A stretch of DNA of 64,000 bases from an uncultured archaeon (GCA_964534625.1 CAZHRF010000003.1:32001-96000), one strand, 5' to 3'; counted from the stretch's first letter, positions 49,308 to 59,741 are shown. Numbers and translations are program-made. Notes: generated by a model from the sequence alone, not told the origin.

Positions 49308-50786
49308 TTATTCTTTCTTATTCATTATATACTCATCAATACTTTGAGCAGCTATTTTACCTGTACCCATTGCAGCGATGACAGTAGCGGCACCAGTAGC
49401 TACATCACCACCCGCAAATACTCCTTCTTTGCTAGTTTTACCCGTTTTAAGGTCGGTGACTATTGTACCCCATCTTGATACGTCTAAATCAGGTGTTGTT
49501 GAACTGATTAACGTATTAGGTTTATTCCCTATTGCGATGATTACTAAATCACATTCAATCAAATGTTCCGAACCGGGTATTGGAATGGGTTTAGCTCTTC
49601 CCGATTCATCGGGTTCTCCCAAATCATATCGAAGACACTCTATCGCCTTTACTTTGCCCAAAGCATCTGGAATTAGTCTTACTGGGTTATTCAAAAATTT
49701 AAAGTCTATACCTTCTTCTTCTGCATGATGGATCTCATCTTGTCTTGCTGGACACTCCTTTCTGCTTCGTCTATAAACTATAATAGACTCTTCTGCCCCT
49801 AGTCTTTTTGCTGTTCTTGACGCATCCATAGCTACATTTCCTGCCCCTATGGTTACCACTTTTTTAGCTCGTTTGACAGGAGTCTGATATTCTGGAAATT
49901 TATAACCGCGCATTAAATTAACCCTTGTTAAATACTCATTAGCAGAATAAACATTTATCAAATTTATTCCTTTGATATCCAACAAACGAGGTGCTCCTGC
50001 TCCCGAACCTATAAATACTGCATCATATTTATGTAGTAAATCATCAATTGTCTTATTTCTGCCTACAATGAAATTATTGTGGATTTCCACACCCAATTTT
50101 TTAACATAGTCTACTTCATATTTTACAATTTTTTTTGGCAATCTAAATTCAGGAATTCCATAGACTAGAACACCGCCTGATTTATGCAATGCTTCAAATA
50201 TTTCCACTTTATGGCCCATTAGTGCCAAATCACTAGCACATGTAAGACCTGCAGGACCAGCACCGACTATCGCAATTTTTTTACCAGTTGAATTAGGGAT
50301 GTTTGGAATTGTTTCTCCATGTTTCCTAGCATAATCAGCAACAAAACGTTCTAGATTACCTATAGCAACAGGTTCATATCTACGACCCATAATGCAGCGC
50401 GCCTCACATTGACTCTCTTGCGGGCATACTCGCCCTGTTATGGCAGGTAAACTGTTTTTTGTTTTAATCAATTCAGCAGCTTCCATATATGCTCTATTTT
50501 TAATTAAAGTAATGAAGTCTCTAATAGGTACTTCAACAGGGCATCCTCTTTGACATGGGGAGTGTTTACAATTAAGACATCTAGAAGCTTCTATCAAAAC
50601 TTCCTCTTCTGAGTATCCTAAAGGAACTTCTTTAAAATTATATCTTCTTTCAATTGGATCTTGCGATGGCATAGGAGTCTTTTGCTTTATGAGTGATTGC
50701 CTTTTTGTCGATTTAGGCTTATTTTCTTCATTCATGCCTATCACCTTAAGCTTTTTTTTTCTTCTTTCGATATTTTTCCATAGCAA
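49308..50786 (-). CDS. nfnB: NfnB/SudA large subunit (NADH-dependent ferredoxin:NADP+ oxidoreductase)
   Basis: RCLNC...C..GCP, GRVCPQE.QCE, GAGPAG, YGIPEFRLP, GAGNVAMD. Confidence 0.9.
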   Translation of the reverse strand: MLWKNIERRKKKLKVIGMNEENKPKSTKRQSLIKQKTPMPSQDPIERRYNFKEVPLGYSEEEVLIEASRCLNCKHSPCQRGCPVEVPIRDFITLIKNRAYMEAAELIKTKNSLPAITGRVCPQESQCEARCIMGRRYEPVAIGNLERFVADYARKHGETIPNIPNSTGKKIAIVGAGPAGLTCASDLALMGHKVEIFEALHKSGGVLVYGIPEFRLPKKIVKYEVDYVKKLGVEIHNNFIVGRNKTIDDLLHKYDAVFIGSGAGAPRLLDIKGINLINVYSANEYLTRVNLMRGYKFPEYQTPVKRAKKVVTIGAGNVAMDASRTAKRLGAEESIIVYRRSRKECPARQDEIHHAEEEGIDFKFLNNPVRLIPDALGKVKAIECLRYDLGEPDESGRAKPIPIPGSEHLIECDLVIIAIGNKPNTLISSTTPDLDVSRWGTIVTDLKTGKTSKEGVFAGGDVATGAATVIAAMGTGKIAAQSIDEYIMNKKE

Positions 50787-51588
50787 TACGTTCCTCTTCT
50801 TTATATGCAGTCATTCTTTGTGCCATCTCTTCCCAATCCACTTTATGTGCATCAAAATCGGGACCGTCAACACATACAAGTTTTGTCTCACCACCAACTG
50901 TTGTACGACATGCCCCACACATTCCCGTACCATCTAACATGATTGTATTTAGGCTGGCTATCGTTTTAATGGGGTTTTGCTGTTCTTTGGTGATTTTAGA
51001 GATAAATTTCATCATCAGCGGTGGTCCTACAACAAAACAAGTTTTGTAATCCTTACCTGCTTTTATTTGTTTTTTGAGTTCTTCTGTTACATAGCCTTTT
51101 CTACCCTTCGATCCATCGTCGGTGCACACATATAGATTATCAGCAAAAGATTTTATCTCCTCTTCATTAAACAAAAGTTTTTCTTTTCTTGCTCCAATTA
51201 TGACATCAACAGAATTGCCTGCTTTTTTAAATGCTCGCGCAACAGGAGTAGCGATAGCGATACCTAAACCCCCACCTACAACGACAGTATATCCCGCATT
51301 TTTAACACTTGTTGGATGACCTAAAGGCCCAGCAACAGCTTCTAACTCATCACCTACTTTAAAATCAGATAATCTATAAGTTCCAGCGCCCACTAACTGA
51401 AAAACAACCTTAATCCACCCGTCTTCACTATTCCAATCAGATAAAGTCAAAGGAATTCTTTCACTTGTTTCTTTTCCCATTAGAATAACAAATTGACCAG
51501 CTTTACACACTTTCGCGATATTTGGTGCATGGATCTTAAACATAATTGATTCATCAGTTACATATTCTTTCTCAAGCAGTTTGTACAT
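50746..51588 (-). CDS. nfnA: NfnA/SudB small subunit
   Basis: GQFVIL, ERIPLT, GPLG, GGGLG, DGTGMCGACR, CVDGP. Confidence 0.92.
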   Translation of the reverse strand: MYKLLEKEYVTDESIMFKIHAPNIAKVCKAGQFVILMGKETSERIPLTLSDWNSEDGWIKVVFQLVGAGTYRLSDFKVGDELEAVAGPLGHPTSVKNAGYTVVVGGGLGIAIATPVARAFKKAGNSVDVIIGARKEKLLFNEEEIKSFADNLYVCTDDGSKGRKGYVTEELKKQIKAGKDYKTCFVVGPPLMMKFISKITKEQQNPIKTIASLNTIMLDGTGMCGACRTTVGGETKLVCVDGPDFDAHKVDWEEMAQRMTAYKEEERIAMEKYRKKKKKA

Positions 51589-51721
51589 GTCATGGTAGAC
51601 TTTAAATCAATACTTAAAAGTATATCACTCTGTATAAACGGGTTCTCTTGTCCCGAAAGACCAATATACAACTTTGTGTAAGTAATATACATTTTAGAAA
51701 AATTTATATGTCATACAGATA

Positions 51722-51740
51722 TTTGTAATATAGTTACAAA
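51722..51740. promoter_or_regulatory. Inverted repeat TTTGTAA-N5-TTACAAA in the divergent nfnA/ArsR promoter region
   Basis: Perfect 7-bp arms just upstream of the ArsR-like gene. Confidence 0.4.
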
Positions 51741-51766
51741 ATAATAATTCTTAAAGGTGGTTTAAA

Positions 51767-53161
51767 GTGTCAGAAGACGATGAAATAAAAGAATTAAAGG
51801 ATGAAGTTTCAGAATTAAAAAAACTAATTAAGGATCTAACAAAAGCAAAATCTGGATTATACAATTCTAAAGGTATAGAACATACCAGTGAGCATAATAT
51901 GGAAACTGGTTCTAATTTTGAAAGAAAAATAGACGGAAATGTTAATGATGAAAATAGTTCTGGACATAAGAACCAGTTCAGGAAATCATTAAGACCAGAA
52001 GTGAAACATGGTAAAAGATCATTTGATAATTCAAACGCATCTAAAGCCTCAACGCCCCCAGACCAATCAGTAAGACATCCCAGAAGGTTTAATGGCGAAG
52101 AAAAAAAATCGACCATAGACTTGGATATTGATTTTGCCAAAATTGCAGAAAGCATAGATAAAACAATTAAAAGTGTTGAAATCATTAGTGAAAAAGGTAT
52201 GACTATTGCGGAAAATATCACAAAAACAATTACAGATAAGATCCAAAAAGGAATTGACAAAAAAATCCTTAAACTTCAAGACATGCCAGATATATCTAAA
52301 AAAGAGTATGAAAAGTTACGAGAGGATCTAGAAAAGTTACGTGATGAAATGGAAAAAGAAGAAGCAGAAGTCAATCGAATAACCTATGAACTCACAAAAG
52401 CACGAGAGGATTTATTAAATGCACGTATTGATTTAGATAAAGCAACTCTTGCTGGTAATGATAAGGAAAAATTGAAAGCTGAACAGAAATTACTAGCTGC
52501 CGAAAAGAAATTGGATCAAACTTCAACAGAACTAAATACCACAGAATATAAATTAAGACAAACAAAACGGATCTTTCATCGTTTACAGAAAAAACTACAG
52601 AGAAAAAGATTTGGGTTTTATTCTCCGCATGGTCAAGAATCATCACATACTGCTTGGAAGTGGGATGAAACAATTAGTGACTATATGGAAAACGTGCTTT
52701 CCTCAATTGCTAAAAACATAGAATCATCTTTCAAATCAGCATTTATTGGGGGAAAGAGGATATACAAGGAAATTAGCAAACCAATTACAAGTTCATCCAT
52801 CCTTTCTTCTATTGACGAACTTACAGGTGAAACTCTTGAAGAGTTTGTTGAAACTGCATCGGAAATTCTTTCTTCAGTTAGCGATAAAAAACGCTTGTTA
52901 GTTCTAAAAATACTAGAAAATGGTCCTGAATACCAAAAAGAATTATCAGCAAAAACAGATCTAAAAGGAGGATCATTTAAACATCATACAGATATTTTAC
53001 AAGATGCGGGGTTAATCACACAAGAGGCTGTACGTGGTCGATATATTATCACACAATTAGGTATTGAAACTCTTAAATTGGCGGAAATGATTTATGTTAG
53101 AGACAAGAGTTTGAAAAAATCCAAAGATGACGATGAAAGTTTTGAGATTAATATTGAATAG
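51767..53161 (+). CDS. Coiled-coil protein with C-terminal ArsR-type wHTH
   Basis: KRLLVLKILENGP...ELS...GGSFKHHTDILQDAGLI...GRYIITQLG. Confidence 0.8.
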   Translation: MSEDDEIKELKDEVSELKKLIKDLTKAKSGLYNSKGIEHTSEHNMETGSNFERKIDGNVNDENSSGHKNQFRKSLRPEVKHGKRSFDNSNASKASTPPDQSVRHPRRFNGEEKKSTIDLDIDFAKIAESIDKTIKSVEIISEKGMTIAENITKTITDKIQKGIDKKILKLQDMPDISKKEYEKLREDLEKLRDEMEKEEAEVNRITYELTKAREDLLNARIDLDKATLAGNDKEKLKAEQKLLAAEKKLDQTSTELNTTEYKLRQTKRIFHRLQKKLQRKRFGFYSPHGQESSHTAWKWDETISDYMENVLSSIAKNIESSFKSAFIGGKRIYKEISKPITSSSILSSIDELTGETLEEFVETASEILSSVSDKKRLLVLKILENGPEYQKELSAKTDLKGGSFKHHTDILQDAGLITQEAVRGRYIITQLGIETLKLAEMIYVRDKSLKKSKDDDESFEINIE

Positions 53162-53175
53162 AAAGAGGACAAAAT

Positions 53176-53826
53176 ATGAGCTTACGACTAGAAAACAGAC
53201 CTATCAAAATCACACACAATATCGAACACACATTTATACCCAATCAAACACAGCTCAAAATAAAAAGAAAAACAAAGTTATTTCCTCTATTCGATATGAG
53301 CAATGATATACAAATAGGGTTCTTCTTTAATGGAAAAGTTGAAATTCTATCAGATTTACTAATTCACTCTAATAATGGCGTGGTAGGTAAAGTGGTAGAA
53401 AATATATTTTCTAAAGGATTAATTTTACCTGCCCAACTACCTTTCTTTACAGAACGAAATACAAAAAAGATCTCTAAATTTGACGAAGAAAATTTTCATA
53501 TTGTTCTATTATGGTTACAGAGACACCTTGAATCAAATATGAGAATATTTTTAGAGAGAACAAGTGAGGACTTTAAAATAATGTTACTGAACAAGAGTCC
53601 ATTAAAATTTTGGTCAATTCAGAATGAAACAGTCATTCATCTAAATCAAGGAGAGATAATGATGAAGAACGCAGATAAATATTTTGCATGGGTCTCTTCT
53701 TATTATGGGATGTATTGTGTTAATGAACAGGGGAAATTATCTTACACTAGTATTGAAGAACATTTGAACCCAAAAGAACAATTATATACTTTTGGATCTC
53801 TTAAATGTAATAAAATCTCTTCATAA
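53176..53826 (+). CDS. Hypothetical protein
   Basis: ORF with a GAGG RBS, 14 bp after the ArsR-like gene. Confidence 0.7.
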   Translation: MSLRLENRPIKITHNIEHTFIPNQTQLKIKRKTKLFPLFDMSNDIQIGFFFNGKVEILSDLLIHSNNGVVGKVVENIFSKGLILPAQLPFFTERNTKKISKFDEENFHIVLLWLQRHLESNMRIFLERTSEDFKIMLLNKSPLKFWSIQNETVIHLNQGEIMMKNADKYFAWVSSYYGMYCVNEQGKLSYTSIEEHLNPKEQLYTFGSLKCNKISS

Positions 53827-53848
53827 TTTTAGATCGGTTAACTTAAAT

Positions 53849-54829
53849 TCATTCTGTTTTTTTCATTATTTTTTCTGCGATCAATCGGGATATTATTGGA
53901 GTTACAGCTTCACCTACTTGATCATATTGTTGGTCTATTCTTCCTGAGAAGAAATAAGAATCATCAAATCCCATTAAACGAGCATGTTCACGAACAGTCA
54001 AGGGTCTATTTTTTCCATAATGAATAAATCTTGATTTTCCCATTACAGTAGGAGCTACAGATGCTTTAGGTAGTTTCATCCAATTTGTTTTTTCAGTTTT
54101 AGCACCTCTAAAATATACTGCCGATTGACCCTCAGATAATTTGTGCACTCTCTTTAATACTCTTTTTGGAAAAGGGAGATGGACATGATTCTTGACATGG
54201 TGTAATTCATTAACTTCAGGCAGATCACCTATTGCTTCTTCAACTGTTGGAGGTTTGTTTCTTTTTAGCTTTAAAGAGAGATTGGACATATAAACACGAT
54301 TTCGTCGAGAAGGACACCCATGTTGTGATGCTTCAATAACATTAAAATATACGTTATTATATCCTACTTGTTCAAATTCATCTTTTATTATACTCTTACC
54401 TTCCCCATTTATCATTGGTACTACGTTTTCTATAACAAAATATACTGGTTCTAAATCCCCAATAATCCTAATCGCCTCAAAAATTAAGTCACCCATTGAA
54501 TCTTTGAAAAAACGATCCCAAGGCGTTTTCTGTCTTTTTTTATTTGCACTAGTAAAAGATTCACATGGTGGTGACGCCAAAATCACTGTTGGTTGCTTCC
54601 CTATTTTATTAATTATATCGATTGAATGTACGTTTCTAATATTTCTTCTAAAAATGTAAGCACTTTTATTATTATACTTATATGATCTAGCGTGTGTTTC
54701 ATTTATTTCTATAGCACATAGATCTCTAAAACCTGCTTTTACAAAACCCGAACTAAAACCGCCTGCACCAGCAAATAGATCACAAAACGTATAATCAGTT
54801 TCACTTCCAATTTTGTTCATTCTTATCAA
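53849..54829 (-). CDS. Cytosine-C5 methyltransferase (solitary)
   Basis: DLFAGAGG, SPPC, ENV, RNR, REHARLMGF, VGEAV. Confidence 0.92.
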   Translation of the reverse strand: MIRMNKIGSETDYTFCDLFAGAGGFSSGFVKAGFRDLCAIEINETHARSYKYNNKSAYIFRRNIRNVHSIDIINKIGKQPTVILASPPCESFTSANKKRQKTPWDRFFKDSMGDLIFEAIRIIGDLEPVYFVIENVVPMINGEGKSIIKDEFEQVGYNNVYFNVIEASQHGCPSRRNRVYMSNLSLKLKRNKPPTVEEAIGDLPEVNELHHVKNHVHLPFPKRVLKRVHKLSEGQSAVYFRGAKTEKTNWMKLPKASVAPTVMGKSRFIHYGKNRPLTVREHARLMGFDDSYFFSGRIDQQYDQVGEAVTPIISRLIAEKIMKKTE

Positions 54830-54894
54830 ACCACTTATGTTTCACTTATATAAAAGTAGCATTATTTGGGGATTTACAAACATTTGTTGAATAT

Positions 54895-54970
54895 TGGTGG
54901 GGCAAGGCGGAATTGAACCGCCGACTTTCGCTGTGTGAGAGCGATATCATAGCCACTAGATCATTGCCCC
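54895..54970 (-). tRNA. tRNA-Val(CAC), CCA encoded
   Basis: GGGGCAA/TTGCCCC acceptor stem, TCGCT-CTCACAC-AGCGA anticodon arm, GGCGG-TTCAATT-CCGCC T arm. Confidence 0.96.
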
Positions 54971-55037
54971 GATTATTTTTATTGTTCTCCTTCCAGAGTT
55001 ATTCTTTATATCTATTTCTGTTTCATTCTCAATTTTT

Positions 55038-55265
55038 GGATGTAGCTCCAGGGGCTAACTCTGTTTTTCATCTTTGGGATTATCCCACATCCAACAGTTG
55101 AGCTTGCCTAGGAGCGGATGTTGCCTGCGGGGGTTGACTCTCCGTCACCGATGAGCATCACGCTCTACTCTGGTTAGAGCCCGTTTACTGCAGTCTGTTG
55201 CCTCTTTTTTGCTCTTTCTATCATAGTTGGCCTAAGCCCACTCTAGAAAGTCCTCGAACGAGGCA
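55038..55265 (-). ncRNA. Three-hairpin H/ACA pseudouridylation guide RNA
   Basis: BRE/TATA CAAAG-TTAAAT upstream. Three stem-pocket-stem units are each followed by ACA (55196-98, 55119-21, 55041-43). GA...ATGA K-turn motifs in hairpins 1 and 3. Confidence 0.8.
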
Positions 55266-55573
55266 TATTACAACTATTATTTCAAGTATTTAACTTTGTG
55301 ATTATATAGTTTTCATTTCCTCAAATAGTCCACTATGTTTATCAAAGTATTTTCTTGAAGGTTCGAGAAGATCACATAAAAATAGTTAATTGGTAAAGAG
55401 AAAATGCTCCAAGTCTTTTTTAATTCGGATAAAAGATTTACTTTAGAGGTAATAGATATTCCAAGGGCAGTATCTCTAACAAGAAAAAGAAAAGTTATCT
55501 AATAAAGATTTTCCTTCAAAATAGTATATTGAACTTAGAGACATCAAATAAAAACTCCACCATGAACCTAATA

Positions 55574-55658
55574 AGTATCTTTTATACAACAGTATCTTTT
55601 ATACAACAGTATCTTTTATACAACAGTATCTTTTATACAACAGTATCTTTTATACAAC
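55574..55658. repeat. Tandem repeat, 5 perfect copies of AGTATCTTTTATACAAC (17 bp)
   Basis: Direct inspection; no spacers. Confidence 0.97.
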
Positions 55659-55705
55659 ATGATAAAATAATAAAAAAAAATACAGGAAAGGAATAGAAGA
55701 AAGTG

Positions 55706-57130
55706 TTACAAATTTTTATATTCAACAATTTTTAGTGCAGAGGGTTTTTTTGTTAAATCGCCCATTCTTGCACATATAATCATAGATATACCCTTATTGT
55801 ATGCAACCTCTAAAACTCGTTGGGTTGCTATCCCATCTAATATTAAAGTATTGGCTTTCTCAATTGATAAAAGCTCGTCGTATATGTTTTTTGCTTCTGT
55901 CTTTAGAATTTGTTTCTGATTTTCATCAATCACAACAGCTTCTAATTTCTGTTTTATCTCTTTTAATGCAGCATCAAGATGATCAGGTAAATGTACTTTT
56001 CGTTCTTGATATCTTGCACTTCGATCTTTATATCTTTTTGATTGATATTTTGAAGACCTTGTTCTCTGTCCAGATTTTGAATACTTTGAACTTTTTTGAG
56101 ATTTGGGTGGATGTCTATGTTTTGTAACGTGGGATGTGGTTTTTCTTGCCTCGTGTTTTACGTCCTTCTTTGGTTCTCTTTTTTGAACTTCTGGTTTTCT
56201 TTCTATTTTTGTAGGTTTTTCTTCTTCAATAACAAAAGTATTTTTTGCTTTTGTTTTCTTAATAAATTCTTTAACTGTCAGCCCTTCATGAGACCCAGTA
56301 AGAAATATAGCGTTTTTTACAGTAGTAGCATTATCTAAAGCTTCTTTAATTTCATCACTCTTTAAATCTTCCACTTCTTTTCCTTCTGGAGCACGAGCTA
56401 CTTTATCAATATTGGCCACTTGTAAGAGTTCTTTTAATATTAAATCGCCACCTCTGTCCCCATCTAGAAAAGCAGTTACTGTTTTGTCTTTAAGTATTGA
56501 TTTTAAAGATCTTGGAACGCTAGTTCCATCAACAGCGATTGTATTGTCGATTCCTACTTTTAACAAATTTATAATATCAGCTCTTCCTTCCACCAAAATT
56601 ACTTTTGATGAAGTTTCAAATCCTCGTCCCGCAGTAATTTTTTCTTTACCCAACTTAATTACGGAACTAGGAGTTTTGGCTGATTTTTCAACTTCAGAAG
56701 TGATAGAAGATACAAAGGGACTAACATTCTGATCCCAATTTCTTATGATTTCAGAAGCTCGATTTACAATAGATTTACGTTTATCTACGCGTACATCAGT
56801 AATTTCTTGTAAATTTATTTGACAAGTACAAGGTCCCACTCGATCCACAGTTTCAATTGTTGCTGCAAGAATAGCTGTCTCCGTTCTAGCCAAACTCGTT
56901 GGAATTAAGATTGTTCCACTAGTTTTTCCTCTTGAACTTCTAAGTTCAACATTAATCCTACCTATCTTACCTGATTTTTGTAGTTCTCTAATATCTAATT
57001 CTTCACTTAAAAGGCCGTCTGTTTGACCATAAAGAGCCCCTATAATATCGGGGCGCTCTACAATCCCATCGACCTCAAAATGTGCTTTTATTTCATATTT
57101 TGTTGTTGAAGCGTCAGTTTTTGCGCCCAT
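55706..57130 (-). CDS. dnaG: Archaeal DnaG (exosome-associated TOPRIM protein)
   Basis: KYEIKA..EVDGIVERPDIIGALYGQTDGLL, VEGRAD, FLDGDRGG. Confidence 0.95.
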   Translation of the reverse strand: MGAKTDASTTKYEIKAHFEVDGIVERPDIIGALYGQTDGLLSEELDIRELQKSGKIGRINVELRSSRGKTSGTILIPTSLARTETAILAATIETVDRVGPCTCQINLQEITDVRVDKRKSIVNRASEIIRNWDQNVSPFVSSITSEVEKSAKTPSSVIKLGKEKITAGRGFETSSKVILVEGRADIINLLKVGIDNTIAVDGTSVPRSLKSILKDKTVTAFLDGDRGGDLILKELLQVANIDKVARAPEGKEVEDLKSDEIKEALDNATTVKNAIFLTGSHEGLTVKEFIKKTKAKNTFVIEEEKPTKIERKPEVQKREPKKDVKHEARKTTSHVTKHRHPPKSQKSSKYSKSGQRTRSSKYQSKRYKDRSARYQERKVHLPDHLDAALKEIKQKLEAVVIDENQKQILKTEAKNIYDELLSIEKANTLILDGIATQRVLEVAYNKGISMIICARMGDLTKKPSALKIVEYKNL

Positions 57131-57863
57131 TAAACATCACCTTTAATTGATTAATTAGTGTATTGCTACAAAAACAGAAGATTTTACGCCCGTTCCCCTC
57201 TATCTCAGTAAGTCTATGTATAACAAATATGTCATACAAGTAACCTTTTGATTTTCTAGGTTTTTTTCTCTTGGTTTCATATAGTCTTCATAATGAATTG
57301 AATATGATATTTGAAATGATGAGCATAATTTATTAAATTAACTTATAATCTTATATACTCTCTGTTCTTGAAAGATTGCCATACACTCTTATGATTATTT
57401 GTTTAAAGTTTTACAGTAATTTTATTTGTCTGAACTTTCAATATAGTTTTTCAGACCTCATGAAATATAAAACAAAGCATGTTAAAAAAGTTACTCATAT
57501 ATCACTCATGATACTTTACAAAGTATCGCCTAATTATACTTAATGTAAGCTAAAGTTACTTCACAAAAGTTTCGTTACCCCTTGAATCATACGTTTTCTT
57601 AGTCATTTACAAACAAGAGGATTTTATTGACCACGCGAGAATACAGGATCAACTCATATGTCTCCTCATCGAACTCTTCTTGTTTCACAGCGGCTATTGT
57701 ACGCTTTATTTTGATTATTGAGTATGAAAACTTATGTAACAAAATAGTACTAGACTTTTGTAAAGGCACTCTAATAGACTGGTTTAACCAGAAAAATATC
57801 ACTCTAACTGAAATGTTGTTTCCAATTAGCCAAGATATTTATAGTTAATCCACTGATAATATT

Positions 57864-58283
57864 TTGATGACAAACATTTATCTATATCTAGGAATTTTTT
57901 TAGGATTAATCTTTATAGGGATAATTTTATACTTAATTTTAAAAAAACAAGGTAAAGATACACATCCTGTAATTAGTCGATCTAAAGATATGATCATAAT
58001 AATCAACCAACGAATAAACACAGTTTATAGGGAAATACAGCAAAAAGATAAAAAAGTTAATGAACTTGTAATGAAACAAGAAAAAACTCAATCTTCAGAA
58101 AAAACGGAAAAAGTTTCCCAATTAAATACAGAAATACAAGAATTGATAGCAGATATTGAAGATTTAAACGAATTTAAGAACAATATTGAGGAAAAAATTA
58201 AGAAGCCTAAAAGGATCAATATTGATGAATTACAAGAATATCTCACCTATGTTGCGGATAGAATTAAGTTTCGATATACTTAG
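57864..58283 (+). CDS. Membrane-anchored coiled-coil hypothetical protein
   Basis: N-terminal hydrophobic helix followed by a heptad-rich region. Confidence 0.7.
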   Translation: MMTNIYLYLGIFLGLIFIGIILYLILKKQGKDTHPVISRSKDMIIIINQRINTVYREIQQKDKKVNELVMKQEKTQSSEKTEKVSQLNTEIQELIADIEDLNEFKNNIEEKIKKPKRINIDELQEYLTYVADRIKFRYT

Positions 58284-58411
58284 TAGTCAATAAAGAAATA
58301 AAATATTATATTGGTTCCTCATTTTCTTTAACAATAAAAAAACATCCAACGAAATTTTTTTAATAGAGGTAAAAAGTTTGAAATAAGAACAAAGTATAGG
58401 TGACAAAAAGA

Positions 58412-58570
58412 ATGCCCGTAACCAACCCTGAATACCGTGCTATCGCCCGAAAACACTTAATGAACAAAAAAGTTTGCAGAAAATGTTATGCAACCAACTC
58501 AGCTAGAGCTGTAAAATGTAGAAAATGCAGATCTACTGAACTTAGAATGAAACGTTCTGATAGAAAATAG
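58412..58570 (+). CDS. rpl40e: 50S ribosomal protein L40e; not in the ORF track
   Basis: MPVTNPEYRAIARKHLMNKKVCRKCYATNSARAVKCRKCRSTELRMKRSDRK. Confidence 0.95.
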   Translation: MPVTNPEYRAIARKHLMNKKVCRKCYATNSARAVKCRKCRSTELRMKRSDRK

Positions 58571-58694
58571 AAGCACAGATGATACCAATTGTGATTTGTC
58601 ACAATATTTAAATTACTCTTCATTCTCTTATAGAATAGAAAGGAGAGTGACTTTCGCAATGTTCTTTACTCCTATAATACTTCGGAGTGACTAA

Positions 58695-59609
58695 ATGAAT
58701 TCCAGCACCGAGATTGATAATAAGAAATCTATGCTTAAAGAGAAGCGAGAACGTCTTTCTGAATTACGCTCGAACAAACGAGACTTAATTGATGAATTAA
58801 AAAGAACTAGTAAACTTCGTAATGAGAAACGTTCCTTACGTGATAAGTTGAATTTCCAAGCTAAAGAAGCATTTATTACTGCTAGAGAAAGCAGAAATAA
58901 AAGAGATCAAATTAACGAAGAGGTTCAAGTTCGAAAACAGATGAGGGATATTCTTCGTGAGGACGCAGAACGCATTAAGAAACGTTTAACTGAACTAAGT
59001 TCTCAGATGAAAGGATATGGACGAGGAAATAAAAATCATCGAGTATCTGAACGGATTAAACACTTAGAACGTCGTTTGGAAACTACACCATTCCTAACAA
59101 AAGAAAAGGAAAGAGAGACATTACAACAGCTAGAAGAACTCAGCGAAGAATTTGAGAGATTAGAAGAATTTCGTGAACTTCGTGGAGAATTCCGAGAAAT
59201 AAAAAGCAAGTTACGTAATATGCAAACAGAAATTAAAGCATATCATACTAGCGTTACTACATTAGCACAAGAATCTCAAGTTCATCAAGAAAAGATGCTT
59301 GACTCAACAAAATCTGCTAAAAAGATTAAAGATGAAGCAGATAAAACTCATGCAGAAGTTATCGAGTATAGTAAAAGAATCAAAGAAATTCGAAATCAAC
59401 TTGATCAAATATCAGCTGAGATAAGGAAAATCTCTAGCGAAGTACAAGATAAATCCCAGGCTATGAGAATAGCACGTAAAACACACGCTAAAAGAGCCAG
59501 AGAGAGAAGACTCGATGTTAAAGCTGAAGAGATATTGTCAAAATACAAAGATGGCGATAATCTGACTTTAGATGAGTTTAAGGTCTTAATGGAAAGAGGA
59601 TTGATTTAG
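58695..59609 (+). CDS. Conserved archaeal coiled-coil protein (COG1340-like)
   Basis: KRDQINEEV, LETT..LTKEKE, ADKTH, KAEEI..KYKDGDNLTLDE. Confidence 0.85.
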   Translation: MNSSTEIDNKKSMLKEKRERLSELRSNKRDLIDELKRTSKLRNEKRSLRDKLNFQAKEAFITARESRNKRDQINEEVQVRKQMRDILREDAERIKKRLTELSSQMKGYGRGNKNHRVSERIKHLERRLETTPFLTKEKERETLQQLEELSEEFERLEEFRELRGEFREIKSKLRNMQTEIKAYHTSVTTLAQESQVHQEKMLDSTKSAKKIKDEADKTHAEVIEYSKRIKEIRNQLDQISAEIRKISSEVQDKSQAMRIARKTHAKRARERRLDVKAEEILSKYKDGDNLTLDEFKVLMERGLI

Positions 59610-59741
59610 TTCGCTATATTAACGTTTATTTTTGTTTTTATTTTATTTTATTTTCATATAAGAGGTAAATAATTTAACTCGTTATACAAAATTTTTAAAT
59701 CTAAACAAATTGTTGTCTTTTATAGCGGGTTAGTAAGACTA

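Noticed and set aside
51767-54970. Genomic island integrated at tRNA-Val
   Set aside because: No duplicated tRNA 3' end and no integrase were seen.
55574-55658. CRISPR array
   Set aside because: Units are contiguous with no spacers, and there are no cas genes in the window.
57131-57863. Replication origin or small ORFs in the long AT-rich intergenic region
   Set aside because: No repeated ORB-like elements or initiator gene; the 67-73 aa ORFs overlap each other and lack support.
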